A stretch of 63,873 nt of DNA, counting the filler, from Octopus bimaculoides (lineage: Eukaryota): NCBI RefSeq assembly GCF_001194135.2. It is 5 parts of 3 records of this genome, joined end to end, with 100 filler letters (N's around TTAATTAATTAA, not from the genome) between each part and the next. Parts side by side here need not be neighbours in the genome. Positions count along the whole stretch, not along the records: positions 51,126 to 60,053 come from NC_068982.1; positions 60,154 to 62,602 come from NW_026410014.1; positions 62,703 to 63,873 come from NC_068982.1; 2 more parts are not named here. One strand, 5' to 3'. Position numbers and translations under genes: made by a program. How positions within the stretch are numbered: position 1 is the stretch's first letter; every line of letters begins with the position of its first letter. The notes beneath the pieces were generated by a model, which was not told where the DNA came from, did not search any database, and saw only the letters and a program-made list of their open reading frames with translations. Positions 51,126 through 63,871 of the stretch are shown one piece after another.

Positions 51126-51186
51126 CGTATCATGTTGAAGTATGTTTGCTATGCAACCGCTATCATTTTAAGGAAACAACAATGAT
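51126..51186 (+). repeat. Exact 61-bp duplicate of 54360-54420 at a contig start
   Basis: cgtatcatgttgaagtatgtttgctatgcaaccgctatcattttaaggaaacaacaatgat occurs at both sites. Confidence 0.95.
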
Positions 51187-51671
51187 AATAAACACACGCA
51201 CTGGTTCAGTCCTTTATTAATTTATATATATATATATATAGTTTTTTGTTAAATTATTTCATTGCACTCTTGCAATCTCTTCAGTAACTTGTCTCCCCAC
51301 TTCCATTTATTTTGAATGCATGATCTGGCGTTGTTTTGGCGTTGTTTCGAAACTGTTTGGTATGAGTATGTGAGTGTGTGCAACCTCGTATGTGTGCACG
51401 CTCATATGTGTGCATGCTCTTATGTGTTGGTATATGTAAGTATGTGCGTCCATATGTGTGTTTGTAACAATTTCGTTTATATCAGATCAGATAGAGACTT
51501 TTTAATTAATTTTAATTAATTTATTTATGTTCATATTCCGCATCAAATGTGTGAACAACACATGGAAGCATGGGCAATTGTATGGCCCTCATCTACGTGT
51601 ATTTGGTGTTTAAAATTGGTTGCGTTTTTTTGCCGGTAATAAACACACGCACACGAAATACACATACGAAA

Positions 51672-51751
<80 letters not shown>

Positions 51752-52001
51752 GAAATGAAAGATTCAGTCATCAGTAAATGTGACTGGTGGTGCTGGGTAG
51801 CAACTGTATTGCCACACACAACAGTTAAATCTCTTAGAACTGTAAGGGAGGATATTTTCATATAATAACAGGGGGGTTAACCGTCACATAACCAAAGCTA
51901 GATCTCTGGACTAGGCAAGTTTCGTCTGTAAAATTGCAGACTCGTAAGCAGTGACTGCTCATTAACCAAATACCTTGGCTAAATCCAGATAGTAGTATAT
52001 A

Positions 52002-52266
52002 TACTCTCTTTTACTTGTTTCAGTCATTTGACTGTGGCCATGCTGGAGCACCGCGTTTTAGTCGAGCTAATCGACCCCAAGACTTATTCTTTGAAAGCCT
52101 AGTACTTATTCTATTGGTCTCTTTAGCAGAACCGCTAAGTTACGGGGATGTAAACACACCAGCATCGGTTGACAAGCGATGTTGGGGATAGACAGAGACA
52201 CACAAACATACACACCCACACACGCACACACACACACACACACACACATACACACACATATATATA
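52002..52266 (-). mobile_element. SINE family A, 3' half, running into a gap within its microsatellite
   Basis: Near-identical to 48528-48730. Confidence 0.92.
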
Positions 52267-52787
52267 NNNNNNNNNNNNNNNNNNNNNNNNNNNNNNNNNN
52301 NNNNNNNNNNNNNNNNNNNNNNNNNNNNNNNNNNNNNNNNNNNNNNNNNNNNNNNNNNNNNNNNNNNNNNNNNNNNNNNNNNNNNNNNNNNNNNNNNNNN
52401 NNNNNNNNNNNNNNNNNNNNNNNNNNNNNNNNNNNNNNNNNNNNNNNNNNNNNNNNNNNNNNNNNNNNNNNNNNNNNNNNNNNNNNNNNNNNNNNNNNNN
52501 NNNNNNNNNNNNNNNNNNNNNNNNNNNNNNNNNNNNNNNNNNNNNNNNNNNNNNNNNNNNNNNNNNNACAAACTAACATAGGCAGCTACACGCAAATATA
52601 TATGCCTATGAGACGGTTATCACCCCTGTCAGTATTTGAAAACGTGATTCTTTGCAGTTCTTAGAGTTTTACCTCTTATTTATAAAAGTGTAGGGGATAC
52701 CCATCACCCTCTCTCATTTGCTGACGATTGAACTTATCCTATTTGGATTTGTATTGCGTATAGCTGCCTACACTACTTTGTATATGC

Positions 52788-52834
<47 letters not shown>

Positions 52835-52928
52835 TGTTAGTGTGTGTTTGTGAGAGACGGAGAGAGAGAGTGAGTGAGAGTATATTTATACATGCGTACA
52901 CACATACGCACACACACACACATACATA

Positions 52929-53727
52929 TACGGGTAGTACAAATTGTAACAAGAATTTTGCAATAATATTTTATTCATTTTGTTTTAATTGTTTACATTT
53001 CTGTCGCCATCAAAGTCTTCTTCATTTGATGCAACGTGTTTTCTGTTGTTTCAAGCAGTACGGGAACTCTTGCGATGTGATGCATTTTGAACGCCTCCAT
53101 CGTTTTTTTCTTCACCACTTCCGCATCTGCAGATTCGGTAGCACCATTTTTCGTCACCAGCGACGACCTTCGAAAAAGGTCCGGATCAACTTCTAACTGT
53201 TCTTTCTGTTCCCGACTCGCATTCAGTCGTGACTGCATTTGCTTTGCTGTGAGAAAGCGAGGCCTATGTAGCGCTGCAACTCTTTTCATTTGCAATTCCT
53301 CGCTGAAATTCCTCCAGTTCATTTTCATGATGTTTTCATTCGTTCGAGATGTCAACTGTCAGTGTGAACGAAGGCAAGCTCCCAGTGACAAGTAATCATA
53401 ATGGATGCGTGGAAACCACTCGTAAACTCGTGTTTGCTTATGACAGCGTCAATTGAAGCTTGACAAAGCTTTCGGCCTTCCGTTTAACGAGCAGAAAACA
53501 GAATTGCACGGAAGCACGCTGTTAATTCGTTTCCGCCTCAAGTACATCGACGGACAATGGCGAACACATCAAAATAATGACGCACCACATGGCAGTACAA
53601 CACCAACAAAGACCACTGGTCGGCAGGCTGGGGGACACATCAAGTGGTTTCTAACACTGGAATCCTGAACTACAAATGGTTCGTCTCACGCAGAAGGTCT
53701 ACATTAACTTTTGGATACCACCTCGTA
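52929..53727 (-). mobile_element. Mariner-type deletion derivative with both ends, same family as 12391-13083
   Basis: Right end ttttggataccacctcgTA, left end TAcgggtagtacaaa. Translation RTNENIMK..LQMKRVAA..PRFLT..LEVDPDLF..VVAGDEKWCY fused to SADAEVVKKK. Confidence 0.88.
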
Positions 53728-53810
53728 TGTATGTATGTACGTATGTATGTATGTATGTATGCATGTATGCATGTATGTATGTATGTATGTATGCATGTAT
53801 GTATGTATGT
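53725..53810. repeat. (TATG)n microsatellite
   Basis: Direct inspection. Confidence 0.95.
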
Positions 53811-53840
53811 AGTTAGGTAGGTATTATGTAAGTGTATATG

Positions 53841-53871
<31 letters not shown>

Positions 53872-53962
53872 TAGATTTGAATGTATATGTGTATGCCTAT
53901 ACCTTTATACGCACGCACATCTATGTCTGTCTATTTATCTGTATGTATGTGTGCATGTGTGT

Positions 53963-54003
<41 letters not shown>

Positions 54004-54341
54004 TGTGTGTGTGCGTTCGTGTGTGCGTACATACGTTTATATATATAATGAAACATGTCATGACAAAAAACAAAATGCCTCAAGAAACATGAATACAAAT
54101 GAACACAATGCCACGTAGAATTGTATAATCTACAAAAATTATAACCCAAAGCGAATGATCTCAAGAAGCGAAGCTGCAATTTCCTATAAATCCAAAGGTA
54201 AATTTACCAAAAACATTGATACAATACAGTTAAGCGTAGTTAGAGAAATAAAAATTTACTGGATGTTCGGTATTTTACGCAGAATTTAGAACAAAGAATA
54301 CTGTATAAAAAGTTATATAACACTTTCTCCATACTTCCTAG

Positions 54342-54481
54342 CTCGTGCGATTAAATATACGTATCATGTTGAAGTATGTTTGCTATGCAACCGCTATCAT
54401 TTTAAGGAAACAACAATGATTGTCCAAGCATGCAAGTGTACACAACAACCCAATACAATAGAACTGGGAATTCAGTCCTGA
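54342..54481 (+). other. Candidate terminal coding exon (unverified)
   Basis: Pyrimidine-rich acceptor ctttctccatacttcctag, then an open phase-1 frame RAIKYTYHVEVCLLCNRYHFKETTMIVQACKCTQQPNTIELGIQS*. No homology recognised. Confidence 0.15.
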
Positions 54482-54802
54482 GGAAACATACAAAAAATAT
54501 AATACCGATCATAAATGTTTTTTTTTTGTTATATATTAACGGGAATAATCTTAGTGATATAAATTACAAGAATGTGTGAGAGTATGTATGAGAAAGAAAA
54601 TCGAAACTATGGAAATACATGCAAAAATATATATATATAAATACTTAGAAACTGCAGGATAACATAATCATTGAAACGTGGATCACAGAATATTTACAAC
54701 TTACAATATTCAGCTTAAGGTGGGAGAATTAAATAATAATGAGCGTAATCGCAAAGAGAAGTGTAACGAAATGGTTGTGATATGGCATGTTATGTGTACA
54801 TA

Positions 54803-54833
54803 CATATCGATCTATCTATCTATCAATCCATCC

Positions 54834-54898
<65 letters not shown>
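54803..54898. repeat. (TCTA)n microsatellite
   Basis: Direct inspection. Confidence 0.95.
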
Positions 54899-54899
<1 letters not shown>

Positions 54900-56614
54900 A
54901 TGTGTGTCTGTCTAGTTAGCCATGCAAATATCCATCTATATCTATGCATACCCCACCTGATGTATATNNNNNNNNNNNNNNNNNNNNNNNNNNNNNNNNN
55001 NNNNNNNNNNNNNNNNNNNNNNNNNNNNNNNNNNNNNNNNNNNNNNNNNNNNNNNNNNNNNNNNNNNNNNNNNNNNNNNNNNNNNNNNNNNNNNNNNNNN
55101 NNNNNNNNNNNNNNNNNNNNNNNNNNNNNNNNNNNNNNNNNNNNNNNNNNNNNNNNNNNNNNNNNNNNNNNNNNNNNNNNNNNNNNNNNNNNNNNNNNNN
55201 NNNNNNNNNNNNNNNNNNNNNNNNNNNNNNNNNNNNNNNNNNNNNNNNNNNNNNNNNNNNNNNNNNNNNNNNNNNNNNNNNNNNNNNNNNNNNNNNNNNN
55301 NNNNNNNNNNNNNNNNNNNNNNNNNNNNNNNNNNNNNNNNNNNNNNNNNNNNNNNNNNNNNNNNNNNNNNNNNNNNNNNNNNNNNNNNNNNNNNNNNNNN
55401 NNNNNNNNNNNNNNNNNNNNNNNNNNNNNNNNNNNNNNNNNNNNNNNNNNNNNNNNNNNNNNNNNNNNNNNNNNNNNNNNNNNNNNNNNNNNNNNNNNNN
55501 NNNNNNNNNTATATATATACGTATAATTATGTATGCAAGTATATATGTATGCATTCACCTAAGTAACTAGGCAAGTACTATGTTGAAACACGCACACGTA
55601 ATCCCAAGTTCCCATGATGTACACGTGCTTATATACATACATGTACACAATGGTTACTCAATCTTCACCTTTCTGGCTTTTCCCTCATGACCTCTCAAAT
55701 GAATATGCGGTGCAGCTTCACAATGTCATACTTTTGCGCTCTCAACTTTTTTAAGTGTGCACAAAACACCTCTCTTCCATTGCTTTAGGACATTCAGGAC
55801 ATGGAATAAGAAATAGCAAATTAAATCACAATAGAGGCCCCCTTTTTATGTTAAAGGTCTCTTTCTATGTTACAACGAGAAATACTTGTACAACACTGAG
55901 ATTCAGTGATTAGTACCTAGCGACAAACCGAAGCGAGATGACCAGTAACTGCATGAAAGCGGTGGTTTTTGATTTTTTTTTTCAAAATCGCCTTCTAGAA
56001 ATATCCTGTGACTGTTAGAGCTGCTAAGGGGTCTTCACTTACGATATTGAAAACTAGAAAGACGTTGATGCTTGCCATTTGACGAGTTTTGTTTTTCATC
56101 TTATAAAATGTCCAAAACCCAACCTACGAACTGGTTCAATCACGACCGACTCAATATTTTGCATAAATATAGACATACATATAAGAGATTGTCGCACGAA
56201 AACATCTCAGGGTGGATTCCGGAAGCTAAGCCAACTGGTAGGATAACTACCGAGGACCAAGAACAAGCTGGCTGAGACAATGTCGATAATGTCAATTGCT
56301 TGTGTGCGCTTGTGATTCCGGATTCGAAGGAGACGACGCCTCATATATGTGTATATATAACACTCGGGCAAGTGATTAAATTTCCGATTATCACAGAAAC
56401 AAGAACGTCTTGTGTTTAATAAATAACATGACGCAATCAATATCGCCATTTCTAAATCAAAAGCCTGTATGTCTATTATTTCTTCACTGTTTCTTTCTCT
56501 GTTTGGGAGCCTGCTTCAGTTTTTCTCCCTTACTCGTTGTGTCTATGAGAGAGAGAGAGAGAGATACGTAGCTAGAGAGATAGATAGAAAGATAGATAGA
56601 TAAATGATATATGC

Positions 56615-56649
<35 letters not shown>

Positions 56650-57306
56650 NNNNNNNNNNNNNNNNNNNNNNNNNNNNNNNNNNNNNNNNNNNNNNNNNNN
56701 NNNNNNNNNNNNNNNNNNNNNNNNNNNNNNNNNNNNNNNNNNNNNNNNNNNNNNNNNNNNNNNNNNNNNNNNNNNNNNNNNNNNNNNNNNNNNNNNNNNN
56801 NNNNNNNNNNNNNNNNNNNNNNNNNNNNNNNNNNNNNNNNNNNNNNNNNNNNNNNAAGGATTGGAGAAAACGCATGTTATAATTGCATACTTTATTCCTA
56901 CATATGTTTCAAAGGATTACAATCTGTGTGATCCATAGGGATCTCTGATATTAAAATTGTAACCTTCTCATCAGGGAAAGCATGGGAATCATCTTAAACG
57001 TAAGACATTATGACCGATTATGAAAACAATAGATGGATAAGGGTATGACTTGATTCATTTGCAAAAAAAAAACCGTTAGAGAATTGGACGCTGCCGGATA
57101 GTGGGTTGGACAACACATACCAATCAATGTGTGAGAGCGTACATGCATACATAAATACACATACACAAACACACACATATACATGCATACTGATACACAG
57201 ACACACACATATATATATTCGTACACACACACACACACACACATACATATATATACATACACATACACACATGTACACATATAGAAATATGTACTTACAT
57301 ACATAC

Positions 57307-57337
<31 letters not shown>

Positions 57338-58460
57338 NNNNNNNNNNNNNNNNNNNNNNNNNNNNNNNNNNNNNNNNNNNNNNNNNNNNNNNNNNNNNNN
57401 NNNNNNNNNNNNNNNNNNNNNNNNNNNNNNNNNNNNNNNNNNNNNNNNNNNNNNNNNNNNNNNNNNNNNNNNNNNNNNNNNNNNNNNNNNNNNNNNNNNN
57501 NNNNNNNNNNNNNNNNNNNNNNNNNNNNNNNNNNNNNNNNNNNNNNNNNNNNNNNNNNNNNNNNNNNNNNNNNNNNNNNNNNNNNNNNNNNNNNNNNNNN
57601 NNNNNNNNNNNNNNNNNNNNNNNNNNNNNNNNNNNNNNNNNNNNNNNNNNNNNNNNNNNNNNNNNNNNNNNNNNNNNNNNNNNNNNNNNNNNNNNNNNNN
57701 NNNNNNNNNNNNNNNNNNNNGTGACAGGGTATCTATTATATATATACACACAATGCCCTACACGCGCAGGCACACACACACACATACACACACACACGCA
57801 CAAATAACAGTCACTTACACTTCTATGTTTGTATTTATATTTAAATTAGTTTGTGTAATGTGCATGGTTAATTATATCTTCGTAAATTTATTGCCGCAAA
57901 TTCCACAACTGAAAATAATAACGGAAAGCAAAAAGTCAAATTGAATCACTGCATGGTATATCTGTATAAATATTTGATCGTTATCAATTTATCGTCATAT
58001 CGATATACTGCACATGACACACGTATAATTTGAGTACTGTCTCATAGTTTTCTTTACAACTTTTAATGGTTTTCCTCTGATGAGTAATAAAATTGAAGTA
58101 TGTAAGAGATGAGAAATGTACCGTTTTAATAGAATAACAAATATTCATGAAGCAACTGTGAATGTAAACTGCCGTTACATATAATTAAGAAAATAGAAAT
58201 AAAACGAAAAGCTACGGCACATATTTTATTTGAAACTTTTGCAGATATTTCAAAGCCTAAATTTTTAGTAATATCATGTTTCTCTGCAGTGAGAAATATC
58301 ATTGATTCCACGCCTTTACAAATATAAGAAATAGTATCACTGGGTTAACGTCTCATATGTAATTCCAAACGAATTAACTTACATTTTGTAATTGTTCTCT
58401 TTTATTAGTATCTATATTTCTGCTGCTGCCTTTTCGTTAAAATATTATCTATTATTATTA

Positions 58461-58501
<41 letters not shown>

Positions 58502-58511
58502 GTTGTTGTTG

Positions 58512-58724
58512 TTCAGTAGTTTTATTTTTATAACGTGCTTTCACTTCACTACCGAGCGCAGCTCTGTGCGCCTTGGGTATGTGTTGTGGTTTGCTGTGGT
58601 GCTCTTATGTTTACTGTATTGAAAGTGTTTTGCGTAGAATGTGTGCAGTACCCAGTAGTGCAATTTTCTGTATGTTATATATATATTTGTAAGTCCTAGT
58701 GTTTTTGTTATGTATTTATTATGT

Positions 58725-58729
<5 letters not shown>
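58512..58729 (-). mobile_element. R4/Dong-like LINE 3' end (family 2) inside (TAA)n
   Basis: NIQKIALLGTAHILRKTLSIQ* followed by a 3' UTR; (TTA)n on both sides. Confidence 0.8.
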
Positions 58730-58770
<41 letters not shown>

Positions 58771-60001
58771 TTAATTTTACTTCTCAGCGAGATAGTTTAT
58801 TTTTGCGCTGGTTGATTCTGTGAGAGCGAACTGCACATTATAAGCTTTGATAATTGGTTGCTGATTATCGTAGAAGATATTCAACACCCAAGTACCATTC
58901 TCAAAATCCTAGCTTTTGGAGCTTGCTCTGCTTTCATATATACCAATTCCGACATATTTTTCGAACTTGGTTGTTAGTGTTCTGAATGACCCTACAACTA
59001 CTGGAACGACACTTTCCTCATAGTCCACATTCTTCTAATTTCGTCTTTTATTAATCTGTCCTTTTCTATCAATTATAGTTAATTGTCATGCGCACATTTC
59101 CAGGTATTGAAATATCTATGATATTGGTTTCCTTTTTTTCCTTCATCACAAGAATGTCAGGTCTCCGAGCGTCGATTAATGAATTACAATGGATTGTAAA
59201 GTCCCGCATCATCTTTATATTCATTTTTGTCGGCGATTCCTTCTGGTTCATGTTCGTACCATTTCCATACTCCGTCCAGGGAATACTTTTCTCACACTCT
59301 CCAATGAACAAACTTATCCACTTTATCGTACCTCGTTGTATAATGCTTTTGGACTAGCTTGCTTCACTCAGTCAAAATATGTCAGATTGTTTTGTTTCTG
59401 ATGCTACAGATCCTACAAAGGAACGATTCGCAGCTCTTCGATCTTATTCCATTCCGTTTAATTTCGACTTCAGGATCAGTCACAGTCTGCGCAAGTACTC
59501 CATCTTAATTTTTTCTGTCATTTCGTTCTCCATCAATTTATCCATTTCCCAAATCCCCGAGTACTTATAGCCCGTATCTTCTATGTACTTAATAACCTCC
59601 CACGACGGTATCGTTAGCCCGTCCATGCATTTGATTTTGCCTCTCCTCAAGACTAACACACCCCACTTTCACAGTCCGAAATCTATTCTGATATCAGCAC
59701 TGAAAGTATACACCTTATGAACGATGGAACTAACTCGGGCTTCGTCTTGAAGTCATCCATGAATAAAAATGGTTGACTTTTTGCTGACGGCTTTTGAATA
59801 CATACCCAGCTTCTGCTTTCCTCAGAATTAGTGTCAGTGGTATCGAGCACAGTGCAAAGATCAGTGGGGACAAGCAGTCCCCTTGGGAGATGCCGCTCCT
59901 AATTTCTACTGTCCCTAAACTTCTTCCGTATGCCGTCAGGTCCATCCTCCAATTCGCCATACTTTTTCTAATCAATCGCTCAACATTCGATACAATAACA
60001 A
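58771..60001 (-). mobile_element. R4/Dong-like LINE (RT plus restriction-like endonuclease), 5'-truncated and internally deleted (family 1)
   Basis: RT: EIRSGISQGDCLSPLIFALCSIPLTLILRKAEAGYVF..KVNH..MD..FGL..C..L...RGK..GYKY. REL: RDFTIHCNSLIDARRPDILVMKEKKETNIIDISIPG..VVPVVVG. (TTA)n flanks. Confidence 0.9.
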
Positions 60002-60053
<52 letters not shown>

Positions 60054-60559
60054 NNNNNNNNNNNNNNNNNNNNNNNNNNNNNNNNNNNNNNNNNNNNTTA
60101 ATTAATTAANNNNNNNNNNNNNNNNNNNNNNNNNNNNNNNNNNNNNNNNNNNNATATATGGGGAGACGAGGAGAAAGGGAGATAGATAGATAGATAGATA
60201 GAGAAAGAAATAGATCTGTGAATATTCGTGCACGCGCATGTTTGCACATGTAAATATGTGTACGTTTTCTATCGATGTTTGTCGATGATGCATGCAAATA
60301 TCAACGAGAAATCAACAACTCCCCCCCCCAAAGTGTTCTTAGAACAAAGGAGTTTTTACGATATATTTTTATGTTTTTGCACCAAAATACAGACACTCCC
60401 ATGCCACTCTCATCGAAAGGAAGGCGGTGAACCGATCATTTGGTGCTTTGGAAACCGATAATCAGAAGCGCTATTCTTCAGTAACAGCGACATTAAATAA
60501 AATTAATAAATATTGATTCAAAAAAGAAAAAAGAAAAAAGTAAATTATTACGAACACGA

Positions 60560-61170
60560 ACAGGTCATTCTATTTTTAGAAAAACTTAACTAGTTACCAA
60601 GGTTACTTGGTTATTCTATATTTAGAAGGAGTGATTGGTATATAATGTTACTGGGTCGTGCTATTTATTAATAAGGTTGCCAGATAAATTGTCTCTTTAT
60701 TCCCATTTATTTTAATCCTTTCCCTTGTCATTAGAATCAACACGAAATATATTCCTTATCGTAGCGTTTTAAGGCTTTACTTTTCTTTAGTCCCGTCCTT
60801 CCTCCCCCACCGTTGTTCATCTTTTTTGAAATTTGAATAAATTCTAAAATTGTCGATGAAAAATAAGGATTAAAATTGATTTTTAAAAAAATTGAGAACG
60901 AATTTATCTGAGAAATCAATGGGAAAACGAACTGGCCAGCGAGGTTACTAGGTCACAGCTATTCTTAGAAAAACTCAGTGGTTACCATGGTAACTAGACC
61001 TAGCTGTTTTTAGAAAGATTAAATGGTTACCAAGGTGTAACTAGGCCGTGCCATTTATAGAAAGACTTATCACTAAGGTTAAATAAATAGCTTGATCAAC
61101 TTTACTGGGTGAAGCTATTTTTTTAAAGAATTAGCCAGTTGCCAAAGCTGTAGGTCATACTATTAAGTGA
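60560..61170. repeat. Degenerate about 45-bp minisatellite in two blocks (60560-60690, 60935-61170) containing X-box-like motifs
   Basis: Approximate unit ggttaccaaggttactaggtcatgctatttttagaaaaact; perfect GTTACCATGGTAAC at 60981-60994. Confidence 0.75.
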
Positions 61171-61184
61171 AAAGGATCTTTTCT

Positions 61185-61310
61185 CTTTCCGATGTCTTCA
61201 ATTTTCCAGTGCCTTCAATTTCCAGTTAGCTCCAATTACCAATGACTTTCCAACGTCTTCAATTTTTGTTCCACTTCCAATGTCTTCAGTTTTTGTTCCA
61301 ACTGATTTCA
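61185..61310. repeat. Degenerate 16-27-bp tandem repeat
   Basis: Recurrent ccaatgtcttcaattttt(gtt). Confidence 0.7.
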
Positions 61311-61715
61311 TATTTGATGTGTTCATGAAGTTTTATATGGTAATCATTGACATGAAGATCATTTTCGTCGTAAATCGATACATAAATAGTTAATAGCCAT
61401 CAAAGTTTACAAATTTACAATTTTACACAGTTTACAATTCCGCCAAAATTTCATTTGTTTACAGTTGACTGTCATGCACAAAATGACAGTTTCCAAATTC
61501 TGTTTTCTGACTGGGTAAAAATAATCAAAGTTTAAACCTCTGTAACATTTTAAAATAATTTTTCTGGGAAAAGTGAATTATCTCCTGAGATTCAGCGTGG
61601 AAAATAACATCAATACACAAACTTTTAACATTTTCATTGAACTTTAAAATTTCCCAGATGCAGCCAAACAGAACAGATCCAAAGAAAAACAAATGGTTAC
61701 TAAGGTCATGCTTAT

Positions 61716-62050
61716 TTGTGAGTGGATTTGTTAGATGGAAACTGAAAGAAGCCCCTCTTTACTCTTTACTCTTTTACTTGTTTCAGTCATTTGACTGTGG
61801 CCATGCTGGAGCACCGCCTTTAGTCGAGCAAATCGACCACAGGACTTATTCTTTGGATGCCTAGTACTTATTCTATCGGTCTATTTTGCCGAACCGCTAA
61901 GTTACGGGGACGTAAACACACCAGCATAGGTTGTCAAGCGATGTTGGGGGCACAAACACAGACACATAAACATACACACACACATACATACATAAATACG
62001 ATGGGCTTCTTTCAGTTTCCGTCTACCAAATCCACTCACAAGGCTTCGGT
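61716..62050 (-). mobile_element. SINE family A 5'-truncated copy (61757-62050) plus an inverted 39-bp family A segment (61716-61754)
   Basis: 61716-61754 vs reverse complement of 62003-62041: 37/39 identical. Confidence 0.9.
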
Positions 62051-62258
62051 AAGAATAAACGAATAAATAAATGAAAGTTACATCTTGTCTCAGATGATAT
62101 CTGGGGCTGCGAGAAACTCCCCAGAACAAAGAAAACATGGCGATTTCGTCTTCGTTGTCTTTGCTGATATCCATGACAACATACAGTTTTGACCCACAAT
62201 ATGTTGGCTAAGGACGCCTTCCATGGGTTAAAATTACAAAATGTTAAATTTTCTAGCT

Positions 62259-62330
62259 CAGTGGTTCCCAAACTATGAGTCGCGACCCACTGATGGGTCG
62301 CGAACGGAATCCTAGTGGGTCGTAAAAAGT
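62259..62330 (+). mobile_element. hAT (Charlie-like) terminus with subterminal hairpin
   Basis: CAGTGGTTCCCAAAC terminus; tcgcgaccca-ctga-tgggtcgcga 10-bp stem at 62280-62303. Confidence 0.7.
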
Positions 62331-62702
62331 TATAAAATTATGCATTAGCTTTGATTAACTGCTGTCTATCGAGATAGTTCAAGACTCATGTTTTCAATAA
62401 AAGACTGGTTGTTTTATCAAGCAGTAGGCTTTTTTCACGAACTTGACAAATCAGAGGTGGTCATTTTCGCAAGTTATTTATTCGTACGTAATCGTAAAAA
62501 GGAAAAGTCTGTTTTTACCTATTTATAGAGAACTTTAACTAGGCGCAGTACAACACTGATCGGGCCGATAACAGTTACTGCTTCGAGGTTTTGTAATAGA
62601 GTNNNNNNNNNNNNNNNNNNNNNNNNNNNNNNNNNNNNNNNNNNNNTTAATTAATTAANNNNNNNNNNNNNNNNNNNNNNNNNNNNNNNNNNNNNNNNNN
62701 NN

Positions 62703-62945
62703 GCTAAATAAACCTGTCGCCTAGCCTCCCTTCTGGCACATTGGTACAATTCCCTGCTACCACCGTTCTTCCAGTCCTTCCAAGCTTGTTTCTTTTGTCT
62801 AATAGCCCTGTCTACCTCCTTGTTCCACCACCACGTTACTCTGGGTTGGGAGGGGACCTTACACCACCCACAAATCTGGTCGGTGGCTTTCAACAGGTTG
62901 TCCCGCAGAAATCTCCAATTGTCTTCCACGTTGTATGATGCTATA
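62703..62945 (-). mobile_element. RTE-clade LINE ORF2 fragment (between endonuclease and RT)
   Basis: MEDNWRFLRDNLLKATDQICGWCKVPSQPRVTWWWNKEVDRAIRQKKQAWKDWK..YQCARREARRQV. Confidence 0.9.
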
Positions 62946-63084
62946 TCCCCTTCTATTTCGTTGTATATACATATATTTATGTGTGTGTGTGTGTAGTCTT
63001 TGTGTGTGGGAGATGTACAGGTACAACAAACACTAAAAATGTACAGAAATAGACTCTATCAAATACCAAGAGTATACCTAGGAG

Positions 63085-63871
63085 TAGTGATAGCTTTTCT
63101 TATCTAAGTGACCAAGTCAGCAGTGGATGTGGAAGCTCCGAGAGCATAGCTGCTAGAATAAGAATAGGCCAAGCAAAGTTCAGAGAGCTTCCACCTTTGT
63201 TGGCAAGAAAGGGCTTCTCCTTCAAAGTGAAAGGCAGATTTTATGATGCCTGTGTGTGAACAGCCATGCTGCACAGCAGTGAAATTTCGGTTGTGACTGC
63301 AGAGAGCATGTGAAGGCTTGAAAGAAATAAAGTTAGAATGCTTCCCTGGATGTGCAATGCCTGTGTGCATGTACAACAGAGTGAAAGCATCTAGAAAGAT
63401 GAATTAGGCATGAGAGGCATCAAATGTGGTGTGCAAGAGAGACAATTGTGCTGGACGAAGACAGCTGCATAAAGAAGTGCCAGTCTCTAACTGTGCAGGG
63501 AATCTGTGGAAGACATAGACCCAGGAAGACATGGGACAAGGTGGTGAAGCATGATATTTGAATGTTGGGTCTCATGGAGGCAATGACAAGTGATTAAGCC
63601 CTTTGGCAATTTTCTGTGCTTGAGAAGACCTGTCAAGGCAAGTGAAATTGTAATTGTGGCCGGTGACGGTGATATGTAAAAGCACCCCTGCTGGTGACAT
63701 GAAGTAGTTGGCATTCAGAAGGGCATCCAGCTATAGAAATCCAGCCAAATCAGACTAGAACTTGGTACAGCTTGCCAGATTACCAATTCTAGTCAAACCA
63801 TCTAACCCATGCAAGCAAGCATGAAAAGCAGACACTAAATGATAATGAGGATAATGATGATGATGATGATA
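63085..63871 (+). mobile_element. RTE-clade LINE 3' end with 3' UTR and (GAT)n tail
   Basis: DSFSYLSDQVSSGCGSSESIAARIRIG.AKFREL.PLL..KGFSFKVKGRFYDACV..GRHRPRKTWDKVVKHD; in-frame stops; ends gatgatgatgat. Confidence 0.9.

Noticed and set aside
61185-61310. Possible coding repeat GTKTEDIGSGTKIEDVGK on the minus strand
   Set aside because: Neighbouring units are 16-17 bp and break frame; treated as a non-coding tandem repeat.
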